Counted from the first letter of the stretch, positions 13,361 to 26,765 are shown. The stretch is DNA of 64,000 nt from Camelus dromedarius (GCF_036321535.1 NC_087436.1:98644001-98708000); one strand, 5' to 3'. The notes: generated from the letters alone by a model not told the origin. Translations and numbers: made by a program.

Positions 13361-14789
13361 TAGCAAGAAGTTACATTTCAATTCTTTAATATTGCAGAAG
13401 AATGAATATATGCATGGAATTAAGGACTAGTTTTTAACTGAGGAAGGCTGCTAGCTTTGGAGTCTTGACCAAGCATTTAATGGTAAATTGAAAACTAGGA
13501 AGAGGAAAATAGACCAGATTGCCACATACCCCCCAAAAACGTATAATCCAAGAACTCATCCTTGAAATGAACTGTGTGACTCGCTTTGATAAAAAATACT
13601 TATAACTGTGTGCTTTCTCACAATGTCCACAATTTTGAAAGAAGAGCCCAGGATTTCCTGAGAAGTCAGGTGAGCCTATGATGGTTAAATGTTTACATGG
13701 AAATAGATCAGGCCTAGGTTCTTCTTGAAGTCCATGAAGAAATCAAGACAATCTTCCTTCTTGAAAAAATACGTGTAATTTTACATAAAGGTATCCCCAA
13801 ACCCACACATATACATGAATGAAGCAGGAAGAAGTGATTCTAAACAGATCTGATCTGTACGAGGATAATTTTCTTCTTATAATCCAAATTTTGAAACCAA
13901 AAAGTAGCATTTTTTCTTCAGTTATCTAAACATAGTAGAGACAGTAATAAGGAATTGATTTTAAAAACTCAACAGAAATATTGACTAAATTTAAGTTGGC
14001 ATTTTTTTATAGAAACTAAGACGAAAGCACATTTAAAGTCCTGCTAATATCATTCAAGTGTAGTAATATTTAAGTATTTTGCATTATAGTTTAGGCAAAG
14101 CCACATTTTTCTTTCCTGAAATAGTGCCCTAGAGAAGTACTGAAGTACCAAAAACAAAAATTAAGACAACAAAATGTTCTTTAGGAAATCTCTTACTTTA
14201 TGAATGGGTAATAAATATATCTGTTTTATAGAACTTCCAATATGGCTTTAGAGATGACATCTATAATGTTATTAAATAGTAATAAGCAGAAGTTCTTATT
14301 AACACTACATATATTTATTGTTATAATTATGAATAGAATAAATTGATACTGAAATCTGTAACTTTTTACCTTTTCAAGACCAGCATTTGGACAGAATCCT
14401 CAAATCAAATTCTATTGTTTACGATGCCCATGGAGGATGAAAGTACCCTTATTTCCAAGTCACTTCTGCATATACAAATGTATGTGCAGCAAGCTTTGTT
14501 ATCACAAGAAGCAACAGGATCACTGAATTTCTAACCTTTCATCCTGCTTCAGGTCTCTTCCCTTTCTTAATACAACAGCTGAGGATCAATATTTAATCTA
14601 CTGTCCTAACTTTGCAGATATTTTTATTATCTGTCACTTGCTAGCAGTTACAGCAAAATTCAGAAATATACTCACTTTTTTTACTTGAATCGTAAGTTCT
14701 GTCAGTAGATTACCTTTCTTTTCTATTTATATTCACCAGCCTGCTTTGAATGTGACCTTCTCTTCCTGATCGCCACATAATGACTTTCT

Positions 14790-14866
14790 GAGTGTGTATA
14801 TGTGTGTGCATATGCATGCATGTATGTGCACGTACATGCATGAGTGCATGTGTGTGCACGTGCGTG
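14790..14866. repeat. Degenerate (TG/CA) alternating purine-pyrimidine tract
   Basis: 'gtgtgtatatgtgtgtgcatatgcatgcatgtatgtgcacgtac'. Confidence 0.8.
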
Positions 14867-16560
14867 TTCCACTCTATACCCTAACATGTCAACCCATTTA
14901 TGGCAATCTGGTATCTTTTCCTCTTCCTTCTTTTCAGTTTCTCAGTAAATGCTAGATTAGGAATCCAAAAAGAGCAGCCTTCCTCAAAAATGTTGGTATT
15001 TTTAAGAAATTTAAGAAATCAATTTTGATTAGAACCTGGCGAAAAAAACAGGCTCTCCTGATATAGGATATTAATTAAAACTGAAGCTGCATTAGCCTTG
15101 ACTGCTAATAGAAGCATATTCTTCTACAGAAAAAAAAATTTTATATATTCATTGATTTGTTTTTTTAATTTATTTTAAAAACTAATACTTTCAAATCTTT
15201 CCACATGTCAGACATCATTGAATTACAACAGAATACAGCCTGGGTGCCTTTTTCCTCTCTAAGAGATGTGAAGGAGAGCCTTTTAACAGGTGTCTCATGA
15301 AATTTGACTCAGTTCAGCCTGAGGTCTCCGCAGAGCCTTAAGAGTATTAATAGAAAGCAGAATACTGACAGAGAAAAGAGGAAGGATGGGGAGGAAGAGT
15401 AGGACTGGTCCTTACATGTTTTTTCAACTCTGCTAATGGGAATAACAGCTTGACAATATGTGTGACCAGACAGCAAAATTTGAGTGCTATGGACCTTTAA
15501 TTTAGTTATTTTTGATTGAGCTGTTCTGCATCATAATTCACTCACAAAAGGTAAAATCTACAAGAGGAAATAAAACCAGAAATGTACTGTCCCCCACGTT
15601 GTTAAAGTGGAATTGAGGACTGATATTCCCCACCCACTCCCCTGTACACTTATTAAGTTAAAAGGCCCATCTGTGTCACCACCCTTGAGGAAGATCCACT
15701 TTTACAGAATGATCTTCATCTTGACCCACTCAGTAAAAACTGAATTTCACTGTATTACCATTCACATTTCACATTTTATAGATGCAAGTACGAAAGAGCA
15801 ATTAAATCAAGCAGCTTAAAGCAACGGCTAGAATTACGACTAGAAATCAGGTCATTTTACAGTGATTTATAATTTGGAATTATAAAAAGAGAATATGTAG
15901 CATAAATGCTCAGAGTATATTATAGATATATGAAATATGCTCATTGGTCGTGGATGAACTGCTCATCATGTTGTAGAATCAACCTGCACATTTATCATGG
16001 TTCACGGACTGAAGCTGGGTATTTATTGTTCTGTCACAGTACAGCTTTGGGACTGGGGCTGGGGGAAGTACCATTTAAAAAAACTTTAGTGATGCTGATA
16101 GGAAAATCTAATCTTCATGAAACAGAGTGATTTTTCTTTTTTTTTTTCTTTGAGATATGCCTCATGCTTAGACCAATGCTTCCTCTATAGTTGGCACTCG
16201 GTACATACTGATTAAATAAATAAATGAGAGACATAGACATCATCAATTCATTCTATTTTGTTCTTGCTGGAGTAATGAGCCACAGAGTAGAAAGCATGAT
16301 CAACAGCACTTATCTCTTTTATCTCCCACCCGCTCCCCTGCAGGACTTGACACACTACCCCTCATCATCCATCCCAGGTTATGCTTGAATATTAGCTTTG
16401 ACTGCCAGACACAAGCGAAGGAAGAAATCAGAGTTGTGTACATTTTTTTATCCCTTCCCTATTCCACCACGTGCTATTTTACCCCTGGTAAATATCTTCA
16501 AAAGAGCAAAGTAGATATCATGCAGGAAATATTTTTTTTAGTAAAATCTACACATGGCTG

Positions 16561-16937
16561 TGTTGGAGGAGGCAGTTGAGAGAATGTGATGCTAGTTGAC
16601 CTCAGAGCTGCATCTGGACAGTGGGAGTCTTCTCACCTCTTTTCCTGTCCTTGGAATTGCATTCTACTTGTCTTTCCTGTGATGGAAGCTGCTCAAGGAC
16701 ACAGCCTTGAGGGAGTATTGTGGTGCTGAGACCATTTGGACTGGACTGAAGCCTTAAGGTCACTATATAAACTTTAACATTCTAACTGGTAGTGTGGAGA
16801 TCTACTGGTCTTGCTGCCACCCAAAACAAGCTTCGTATGTAAATCCTCTTGCTTCCTAAACTACCACCTGCCAATCTGGAGTGATCTGCTACTTTCTTCA
16901 GTCCTGCATATACAGGACCAGCTTGCAAACCAATACA
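16561..16937 (+). mobile_element. Solo ERVL-class LTR (MER74-like)
   Basis: TG...CA ends, TATA 'ctatataaac' near 16763, 'ggagatctactggtcttgctgccacccaa', 'ccaatctggagtg'. Confidence 0.7.
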
Positions 16938-18269
16938 CTTATATAAAAATTAGGAGGAAAAAATACTAATAATGCCAATAATTAGTATCCATTGCATAAT
17001 ATGTTATAGTAAACCCAGATCATAAAAAGATTTCATAATAATCTCAAATAATCACATTTCTTTGTGAGAAGATTTTGTCTCAAGGTAACATTAGCAACAA
17101 CAACAAAAATACAGTCAAAGCCCCTTAGAACAAAGTAAAGCTCATGGTAAACAATTCAACTTATGATTCAATATTCAAAATTCTATTTTAAAATTATGCT
17201 CTTTTGGAATTTCATTATTGCTCTAAATTTTGTATTTATTTTTATGATAGTTAATGTACTTTCAACAAAATACATTACAGTTCATTAAAAATAATAAGCA
17301 TATGCCTCATTATTTTTTTAATTTGATGAACAATATATTAATATTTTATACATACTATCTTTAAGTGGAATAAACAAATATTTTGAGACATTATTTTCTG
17401 TAAAGGCATATCCTATTTGTCCTAGTCAGAGAATCACACACTAATGCAATTAAACAAGACAATTGTTACCTGACTAAATAGATGAGACACACACCAATGC
17501 TAAGTGAACCTTGTGAAGCAGGTGGCCCGGTTTAATCAGCTTAAAGAACTCATCTAAAACCTTTTGCCAATCTTATCATCACATAGCTTTGCAATCTGCA
17601 TTGTTTTGATACCGTAATAAAAGAAGTCTCTTTTGTGGTGAATTCATTAAAAGTTTATAAATTTTATTTAAGAGGTTAAAGTTTCAGAATGTTTCCCCAT
17701 GCAAGATCCCTGTTGAGCTAATTTTAAAAAGAAAACAGCACATGCTGGGAGATTCCACTTAGATAGGAAAAAAAAAAAAAAGAATCCAATCAGGATTGAG
17801 AATTGTTCACAAATTTTTGAATCGAACAAACGTAGATGGAATAACGGAGAGATGAAAACAGGAAATTAAAATAAACAGGTGTGACATAGCTTTAGAATGA
17901 TATTCAGGTTGGTGAAAATAGCATGAAACACATGTTAAGTTACTAATGACAATGAGCAGGACTGGACTTCCCATCTCTGAGCCTTCCTCTGACTCGCTCG
18001 TCTCCTGCCATCGCCCTGAGCTGCAGAACTCAGGGTCGACTTAGATTCTAAGCCTTGATGAACCCAGGCAGTGACTGCTTCCATGGCCTCAGTCAGCCCA
18101 CACTGTTAAAGGGTTGATCTCAATGCGGTCTTGCTGCCGTGGACCTGGTGTTACTTTTGTGGATTTCCTGGTCATTGATATACAGGTTTCTCTTACACAA
18201 TTTGTCTTCTGCTTTGGTTAATGGGCCATGCTGGTTGTCTAGTGAATGGTGCATTGGGGGCGTCCTGGG

Positions 18270-18770
18270 TATTCATTATCTCATTTATTTGGTAATTTTA
18301 AAGCAAGTATTAATGAGCAACTACTATAGGGTAGGCTCTGTGCTAGGTGCTGAGAGATAATGATGAATAAGACACTGGCCTGGCCCTTAGAGAAAGAAAG
18401 AGGGCAGATGGAAGGAAATGGGCATTTGTATTCCAGTGTGGGAATAACTACAGGAGGGCTAAGCATAAAAAGCTTTGGTAAAGATACGAGCTTATTAGAT
18501 ATCTAGTCAACCACATGCATCAGAAGCTACTTTCTGAAGTTCATAGGCTGAGACTTAGTGTAGGAGGAATTTTCTAGGAAAGAAAAGGAGAAATGAATTG
18601 GAGAGCATTCCAGAAAGAGTTAAAGAATATGCAGAAGTAAGTCAGACCTGAAAGAAATGATTTTATTCCTGGATTTGCTACTCATCCAGGGTGGCTATGG
18701 ATTACGACAAGAAGGCAAGTGAGACAAGAGAATACTGGGGGCCAGGAAAGATGAGGCCAACCCATCACTG
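18270..18770 (-). mobile_element. L2 LINE 3' fragment
   Basis: 'gtattaatgagcaactacta...ctgtgctaggtgctgagagata...atgaataagacac'. Confidence 0.8.
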
Positions 18771-18775
18771 AGACT

Positions 18776-19195
18776 GTCAAGGAAAACATAAGTCCAGACG
18801 AAGGTAAAGTGAGGCTTACTGGGAGAATGCTCTGATCTCAGCATCTGCAAGCATCTCAAAAAAAAAAAAAAAAAAAAAAAAAACCTAAAAACTAAAAAGC
18901 CCAAAACCAAACAAATGAAAAAACAAAAGAAAGCCTTTCTCTTATAGGGAGGGATAAGCAGGGATGAGCGGAACCTTGAGGGGAAGTTGGGCAAGTGGAA
19001 AGGGGCCAGCAGACAGCCTGACTGGGACACAGCTCAACAGGGAATGTTTCTTTCTGTGCTTCACCAGTTCTTGGAATGAGCGTGTTCTCCCCTTTAGCAC
19101 TTGCTTAAAGGCCAAAGTTTGGGGGTGAGCCAGAGTTCAGAGGCTTATGGGGAGGAAAGAGACCTGACGAAAGTTTGGTCAAGCCAAGCCAGTGG
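18776..19195 (-). mobile_element. ERV1 LTR, MER89/MER90/MER110-like
   Basis: 'gcatctgcaagcatctca', 'cctttctcttataggga', 'cctgacgaaagtttggtcaag'; contains an expanded A-tract at 18857-18883. Confidence 0.65.
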
Positions 19196-19199
19196 GTGA

Positions 19200-19780
19200 G
19201 GAATGGACAACTGTGAACTTGGACAGGACTCAAACAAGCCGCCTGCCCAGTATTTGCCAGCCAGTTCTCCTGGGGGCTGAGTCCTAGTCTCTAGCTTTGC
19301 AACAGGCAGCTGTCCAAGTCGGAATGGACTGATGCCTCAGGCCGCGGTGCCACCACCCACAGGACTTTGATCATCTTGCTGCTAAGCTCTACAGTAATTG
19401 GTTTGACAAGTTCGCCTGCCCTCCTAACACGGTGCACGGGAAATTACCATACCCTCAGCGGCAGCCTGCCTTCCATACACCACCTGGCCTGATGGCTTCT
19501 TCCTTCAGCTCCAGGCCAGCCTCCATTGCTAAATTACTAGCCTGACTTGAGTCATGTCAGGGAATTTCATGCTAAGATCAGTTTCTTATGCTTCTCCTTA
19601 GCTCTCTTATTATCAAATCACTGTTTGCTGAGCAGTTTGGGGACCGTAGTGAGATTCTTTCTGGTTGCCAAAATTATTGCAGGATTAGCAATCATAACGG
19701 CAGAAAAGAAATTATCGTATGCATTGAAATGTAATGATTTCTTATTTGACATATGTGTTTTGCATATTGGTCTAAATTAT
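19200..19780. promoter_or_regulatory. Candidate enhancer (AP-1 / NF-kB-like / MAF motifs)
   Basis: No repeat recognised, locally GC- and CpG-enriched; TGAGTCA 19548-19554, GGGAATTTCA 19560-19569, GGGAAATTAC 19438-19447, TGCTGAGCA near 19626. Confidence 0.4.
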
Positions 19781-20865
19781 AACCAAAAAGAAGATGCAGG
19801 AACATGCTTGATAGTTCAGAGTTACATTTCTTTATATTATGTATGAAGGTAAAAGTACATTTAAGTCTTCATTATTCAGACCAGATATATATCTTGAAGT
19901 CACATGTTGCCCAAACCTCAGGCTGTACCCCAGGACAAGATATTCAAATTTTGGTTAAGCATTCAGCAAAACTTACAATTGACAATTTTGTTCTAGTTAT
20001 TTTTTTTTAAATAGCATTTGGTAAAAAGTCAGGTAATTTTTTAAGTTTAATTTATGTTTTATAATTTCAGCAATGTTCATTCTGAATAGAAATACAATGA
20101 CAGAATAATAGGCCATATTTTTAAAAATTCAGTTTTATTACTGCACACTGTAACTAAACTAGGTTACCAAAATATTGCCTAGCAGAGGGAAACTGCTTTA
20201 ATGATCAAGTAAGAAAGAATTGTAATTAGCTCTGAAAAACTTTTACATTATTAATTTGCTTAGCAAACCACTTCTTCCCAGGGAAAAAAAATCTCTTCTT
20301 AGTCTTTCATACTTCTTATCCTCGCAATTAGTAGTTCCAGATATCCTGCCAATTCAGTTAAATCCGATACTCTGATATATTAGACAAATAAAAATATGCA
20401 AACTAAATATCAATTTGTTGCAATTACGGTTAAGAATAGCTGATATTTTTCTTGTCTTTTTAGTTGAATTCTGGCTCAGAGTAAAACATATAGCTGAATT
20501 TCTTCTTTTTTTTTTTTTACTTTAAGGTTGTGGAAACAGTTTTTGCAGAAGATCCAGAAAGAATCATTTGAGGACAGAAGCTAGGACAGAGGCATCATTT
20601 CCAAAAGCAGAGACAAAGAAGAGGCCAGCTCTCGTGGGCAGGGCAGGGCAGGGACTGACCCATAAGAGAGGTACAAGACTGGCAGACAAAGGGAAGGACA
20701 GGATGTAGCTGCTGTGACCTGCATCCTCACTGCAGCTGCTGTCTTCTTTTAAAGCTGTACCATCAGGATAAAAATGACAGGAAGAGTGAGCAAACATGAC
20801 TGGAGGTGCTGTTCTACCACTTCAAATTATAACATAAAAGGGCCTTATTTCTATGTGGTCTTTAT

Positions 20866-21121
20866 AAAGCCAATGCACAGTAGAGGCATAATGCAAGACA
20901 GATATGTCAAGTGGCCACATTAAAAAAAAATTAAAGAAGAATGAATTATTTTTAAGGATGTATATTATTTAATCCAATACATCCAAAATGGATAAATGAT
21001 TAATGACATACTATGCTTTTTTTTTTTTTCATAATTAGTCTTCCAAAATCTGTGTGTGTTTTGAACTTGAAGCCCATTCCAGTTTGGACCGCCACATTGC
21101 CTTTGCTCAATTAGCCACATA
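20866..21121 (+). mobile_element. MER33 hAT-Charlie element
   Basis: 'gtggccacattaaaaaa...atttaatccaatacatccaaaat...gtgtgttttgaactt...gctcaattagccacat'. Confidence 0.8.
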
Positions 21122-22129
21122 TCCACAAAGAGAAATTATGGAAAGATCTCCCCACAGCTTTGCTCTGCATTGTGGGTCATTTCTGGGATACTATTTAGTT
21201 CACTGCTAAGAAACAAAGAAAGGTGGAACTGGAATTTGCTAAGAAGTTTCTAATTAGCAAACTAATGAGTTGACCCAAAATTATCTGGAGTACTTTACAT
21301 TGTTTGATGACTGTCTTTTTTTTTTTTTTTTTTTTTTTTGCTTGTTTTTTTTTTCTTAATTAAGGAAATGTCTCATTGTATTTGCAAAAAAGCACTTTTC
21401 AAACCCTTTTATTTTTGCTCCCAATGGATTCAATTCCCACATTCTCTTAATTTCTTCTCAAGTTTAATTTTCTGTCAAACTATTTCAAAAAGATTCTAAT
21501 ATTATCTTTGCAATTGTCAATTATTTTGCATGAGGAAAAGAATCTGGTTCATATGCATTGTTTCTTTGAGGGTGGTGGAATTTTTGAGATTGTTCAAACT
21601 ATATGACTGACCCCATAAATTGAGCTCTCCAATTCAGTTATACTGTAAGGATTTTACAATATGAAGGAATTCTCTGGTTTAGGATGTTACAGAATCTATG
21701 TCTCCCTCAAGAAATTCTGTACCTACTTTTAACATTTGTCCTCAAAAATAGGACTTGATAGGTAGTTGTAATTCAGACGATACTGGGCAAGGAGTCACTG
21801 AAATGTTTGATCCACTTTCTGATGCTGCTTTGGGGTTGTTTAATGATGTAGTAAATAAAGTGTTATTTTAGACATTTTTCTCCTCCATAAGGTATCCAGC
21901 TTCAGTTCTGAGTCAAAGTAGAGAATCTAATTGCCAGATGATGCTAATAATATTCCTCCTATTCTCACTGCAGGAGAAGAACTTGCCAGAGTAGATGTCA
22001 CTGCCAAAAAAGCGCAAAAGCATAACAGATTTGGTTAGTTTGCCCCCATGAAAATATTGTTTTTAATCCACCTGAAAAAATATAGTGGTTTGTTTTGAGA
22101 GAGAGAGAGACAGAGAGATGAGAGAGAGA

Positions 22130-22255
22130 GACCTGACTGATTGCTGAGTATCAGATCAGAATTACTGAGTCAGAATCTCTTGAGATGGGGCTCTGCAATT
22201 TTTAAATAAGATTCCCAATTGATTCTTATGTTCTTTAATGTTTGAGAACCTCTAG
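22130..22255. mobile_element. MER5-type hAT-Charlie fragment
   Basis: 'actgagtcagaatctct...gattcttatg...gtttgagaacc'. Confidence 0.7.
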
Positions 22256-22699
22256 TTAAAGAGAATATTCAGAGGCATCGTTCAGCCATTTTTTTTTTTG
22301 CAGGTCCAGAGAGGGGGTTTAATTTAAGTAGGCAGCTGTAATTTGCAGAACACGTTTGAGTTAACAAAGGCTGATAATTGATTCTGTACTTACAGTTCTT
22401 TAAGCACTTGCATAATCAAAGAGTAGAGAATTAAATGGAGACACCATGGCACTGGGCTATGTGGGGTTTCCTAAAAGAGTCTCCAAAGCCTTAAGGTAAA
22501 TATTTTGGTCAATAAAATATTACATTATAATATTGTTTTGCTTCCCCACATCCCTTACTCCCTAAAATTATTAGTAACCAGAAAGATCTTAATATAGGAA
22601 TGGAAAATTCTGCCTGCTAAGTCAGTACTTGCTGACATGAGAGAAGAGTGCTTCTGCTCACTGGGGAGTAGAGTTTGGGAGGCCTGGGAAGTTGGAATG

Positions 22700-22900
22700 C
22701 ATTCTGTATAAAATCCTTCTCTGATTCCTGATTGCCTGTAGCATTTAAAACAAACTTTTCTAACGTTGGTATGCATTTTATACAATGAGCCCCAAATTAT
22801 CTTCCTAGCTTTTCTCCTCATTATTCCTCTCATAAATCCAGAGTCTGCCTAGCAGCACTGAGCTTGGCCAGTCCCTTACAGTATCTTTATACCCTGTTTT
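22700..22900 (+). mobile_element. L2 fragment
   Basis: 'taaaatccttc...attgcctgtagcatttaaaacaaactt'. Confidence 0.55.
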
Positions 22901-22949
22901 CTTTACTTAGAGTCACCTTCTTGGTTAGGAAATCTAGGATACATTTTGA

Positions 22950-23405
22950 ACAATAGTGTAAACACACAAAATCGAAAGAATCAAATAATTCTACAAAGAT
23001 TTAATGAGAAAAAGCAATCTCCTGTGATCCTCCCCTATTTCCTGCTCACCAGAATCAACCACTTCAAATAATTTTAGTTTTCTTCTTGGCACGTTGTATC
23101 TCTATTTAGGATAACCTGATTTTTTTTCACTTTTACACTTGGAAAAATAATGATTTTGCACTCCTTCCCAACACTTACTCCTCTCCCATCACTACCCAGC
23201 ATACTTCTGTTTACCCATTTCCACAACACCCCCTGTGTCTCTGACTTTGTTGCACATATCCTCCTGTAATGCCCCCCCAAAAATGTTTTGATATCTTATA
23301 AGTCTGAAAATGTCTTTATTCGACCCTATTTCATTGACAGATAAGGTGAGTGTTGTATTCTGAATTGGAAGTAATTCCCCCTTTGAATGAATGCATTGCT
23401 TGTGT
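22950..23405 (-). mobile_element. HAL1/L1M-like fragment
   Basis: 'aatcaaataattctacaaag...caaccacttc' and ORF1-like 'gtctgaaaatgtctttatt'. Confidence 0.6.
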
Positions 23406-25334
23406 TACAACTTCTCTCTTAGTTCCTGTTATCAATGGTTCTCCCGTTCTGAGCTATCTCTAGTGTTCCTAAAGCAAAATGCCTCTAATTTATCACTTCT
23501 AAAAGGTAAGTTTTCTGTCTGTTTCAGAGTGGGGATGATCAGTTGTGTAACTGAGGAGAATGGGGCAGGAAATTCGTCATTCTAATGCTTTCAAAATGCT
23601 TTGGCCATCTTTCTGTTTTGAACACTACTTTTCTATACTATCAAAGACGTGCCTTACCTGCTGATCCAAAAGGTACAAGTTTTTCATTTGTTTTCTTGAT
23701 GGTTTTTCCTTTGATAGTTAGTTTGGAGCAAAGTATGACCTTACTAGACTGTACGTGGTCTTTCTTTTATTCTTACTATGAACATTTGTTGTAGTGCAAT
23801 ATTAACATATGTGTATTGTATATTATGTAGTATATGGACCATATTAACTTCCTAAAACCCAAAAGTAAAATCTGAATCTTGAAGCTCATCCATTGTCAAG
23901 GAATTGATATAAGTGACATGAATCTGAAATCAGTACTACACAACTTCACAACTATGTAGATTTCTATGTAAGAAATCAAGTTGCGTCTTGGTTTCCTACT
24001 CAGAAGGATTTTATGTTTCAGAATCGTTCAGATATGCTAAATCAGGATTGCCTACCTCCATTTTCCACCTCCATAATTTTTGCTGTTTTTTCCCCTCCTA
24101 TTTTCTTAGTCTGTTTTTGTATGTGTGTATGTGTATGTATACTTCATAACATAAAAAAGATATCATTTCACTGTTGTTCTAGTGAAGTTTCTGGAGGAAA
24201 ATTGATTTAAGCTCTCTCAAAGCAAACAAGAATGGTTTTTCTTTACAACAGAAGAAGAGAGAGCACCAATAGGATATCTTTTGGGGGTGAAAGCTGTGAA
24301 AATACGCATTAGTAACTTTGGATGTCTAAATAGATAAACAGGATATCTCTTCTTTCTGTACTTTTTCCTCAACAATTAAAAAAATAGTCAGCACAAGTCA
24401 CAAGTTAAAACAAACCTGTGCTCTAACTTCCATTAAATATAGATTTGGGTCTTTTCCCCTTGAGTCTTGTCTCCTTGGTTGTTGGACTACTAATACTGCA
24501 GCCCAGAGAGAACATGACCAAGTCAATAGTATCCAAATACAAATTTACCTCTCTCTAACTTATGTCTGTTTCTGCAGTAGTTTTCATTAAAACCATACAA
24601 TGGCCAGGCTGTACATTTCAAGTACAAGAATAAGGAGTAAAGAAAGAAGCACCTCATCCGTACCTATCTCTACCACTTAAAAAAGTGAATTGACAACTTT
24701 TTGAAACTGAAACATCAGCTCACCAATGATTTTACTAGCAAAACATTATGACAGATGTTTTGTGAGTTTGCACACTTCTGAATACCAAAAACTCCAGTGA
24801 TAAATCAGCAGTGTCTTCTTACTCCCCGGGTCATAAATATGTGTGTATATATGTGTGTAGGCATATATATACATATATTTGCAATCATTATTTAACTTGT
24901 TACAAAAACAAAATTTTGTTTTGAAAGGCATTATATAGTCTAGATTATGCATACATACTACTCATTATGGAAAAACTAGTCATGACACTTAAATTGTGTG
25001 ACCAAAAAAAAAAAGCTGTGATTTATTATTTGTTTCATAATCATTTATGCTTAGCCAACTGTTTTGCTGTCTTATGATATTTTTCCCACCTTATTCCACA
25101 CTTTATTCCATAGTCTATTGCTGGACAATCAAACACCTTATTACTATTTACATACTATTTTTGTATACATAGTGTGCATATATTATTGCCCAAAGATACT
25201 TTTAGCATATTCTTGATAATATAATGTGCAAAATCATGCTTGCTCCAATATCTATTTGTATTGCTAATCCCAGGGCTTGCTTAGATTATTTAAAAAATAT
25301 TTTTACATTATTTCTTAATATTGCCATGCTGGAT

Positions 25335-25945
25335 AATGTCCGTATGACAGCCATTTTTATCCTTTTAATCTGCCCCCCATCTTGCAGGATTTGAAGGATA
25401 AAAAAGACATTCCCTAATACCCTTGTAGCTAATACCCTTGTAGCTAGGTTTCTTGATGCAATATAGGGTTAGTCAAAAAGATGCATTTACAAGGCACTAA
25501 GGAGGTTGACCATTCTTGCCGGAGCAATGAAGGTTAGAGAGCAAGTTTCCACAGGCATGAATGTTTGCAGGGGCTACACCTTATGTTTTACTATCCGTTC
25601 AGCAGTTCTGAGGGAGTTGGGTGGCTGTGATAGCAGGAACAGTGGCAGTAATGACAACAGCAGTCTCCTGAGCTTTAAAGTGCAGCCACTGAATGAAGGA
25701 ACTGAGCACCCAAGACTACTCCCCTGAAAAGAAGCATTAATAGCAGGGCAAATAGTAGGGCAGAAAGAGTATCAGAATGAGAAAAACAAAGATTATTGAA
25801 TGCTAGTGCTAGCTGTGCTACAACATGCCCTAGTAACCAGCAAATCTCTTACATCCCCTGAACTTTAAACAATTTACAACATACAAATAGGCTTCCTATT
25901 AAATTCCTTCCCAACGTTGCCACTGAAATTTGTCAGGATGACACA
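25335..25945 (+). mobile_element. ERVL LTR, LTR33-like
   Basis: 'cccttgtagctaggtttcttgatgc...agatgca', 'cctattaaattccttc'; 15-bp tandem duplication ctaatacccttgtag at 25414-25443. Confidence 0.65.
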
Positions 25946-26589
25946 GCATGTTTCCAAGCAGAGAGAAGTTGATGTGATGACATGAGTATAGATCCACGGT
26001 CACCACCCAAACGTGAAGGATATTTGCTAGCTCATGTTTTTTACATTAAAAGCAATTTAAATCCAGCTTCTACTTTATGATTATCCAGGATTATCTTTAA
26101 ACACAATATAATTCTAGTCCTACACAATGCCAAGTCCACAAGTGTCACAGGAACATTTGTTCCCCAGGAAAATATAGCATGATTTTCCAGTGGATCTGTG
26201 TATATCTTGGCACATCGTCCCTGATCCCTGGAAGTTCTGCATCTCAAGTGGTTTCTAAACAACAAAAAACTTCCTCTTCAAAACTAATATATTAATGTAC
26301 TAATTACTACTTCAGAGTAGATAGTTCTTTCAATCAACTGTAAAGAAAATGTAGTCATATGTTCTGTTTTTGCCAGTATTATTAAAGGATAATTTTCCTG
26401 TCGGTGTTAGTTATAATAACTATACTATCATATTATAAAATAAAATACAGAAATGCTAAAATGTCGTTGTGATACTCACTTTCATCTATATTTTACATGA
26501 AAGAAACCTAAGTGTCATATAGAGAGCAATCATGGATGTAACTTGTACTGGGTGTATATAAAAAATAGATAACAGAATTGCTCAGGGCG

Positions 26590-26765
26590 AAACTCTGGAT
26601 AAAACTAATGATATTTAAATCGTGGACCCACCACACCACAGTTATTTGGTCTTGGACAAATTTCTTAGTGCTCAGGACCTGACAGATACAGTTGTTTTGA
26701 GAATTAATCTATAGCACAGGTTTGAAACTGTGCCTGGCAGATAGTAAACTATGATGTATTTATTA
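26590..26765 (+). mobile_element. MIR fragment
   Basis: 'cttggacaaatttctta...gttgttttgagaatt...gtgcctggcagatagtaa'. Confidence 0.6.

Noticed and set aside
16950..17400. Possible Charlie (hAT) transposase 3' remnant
   Set aside because: Resemblance too weak to support without a profile search.
20500..20800. Strong + strand splice acceptor at 20526 followed by purine-rich sequence
   Set aside because: The frames I translated stop early and no good donor follows; poly(T)-AG occurs commonly by chance.
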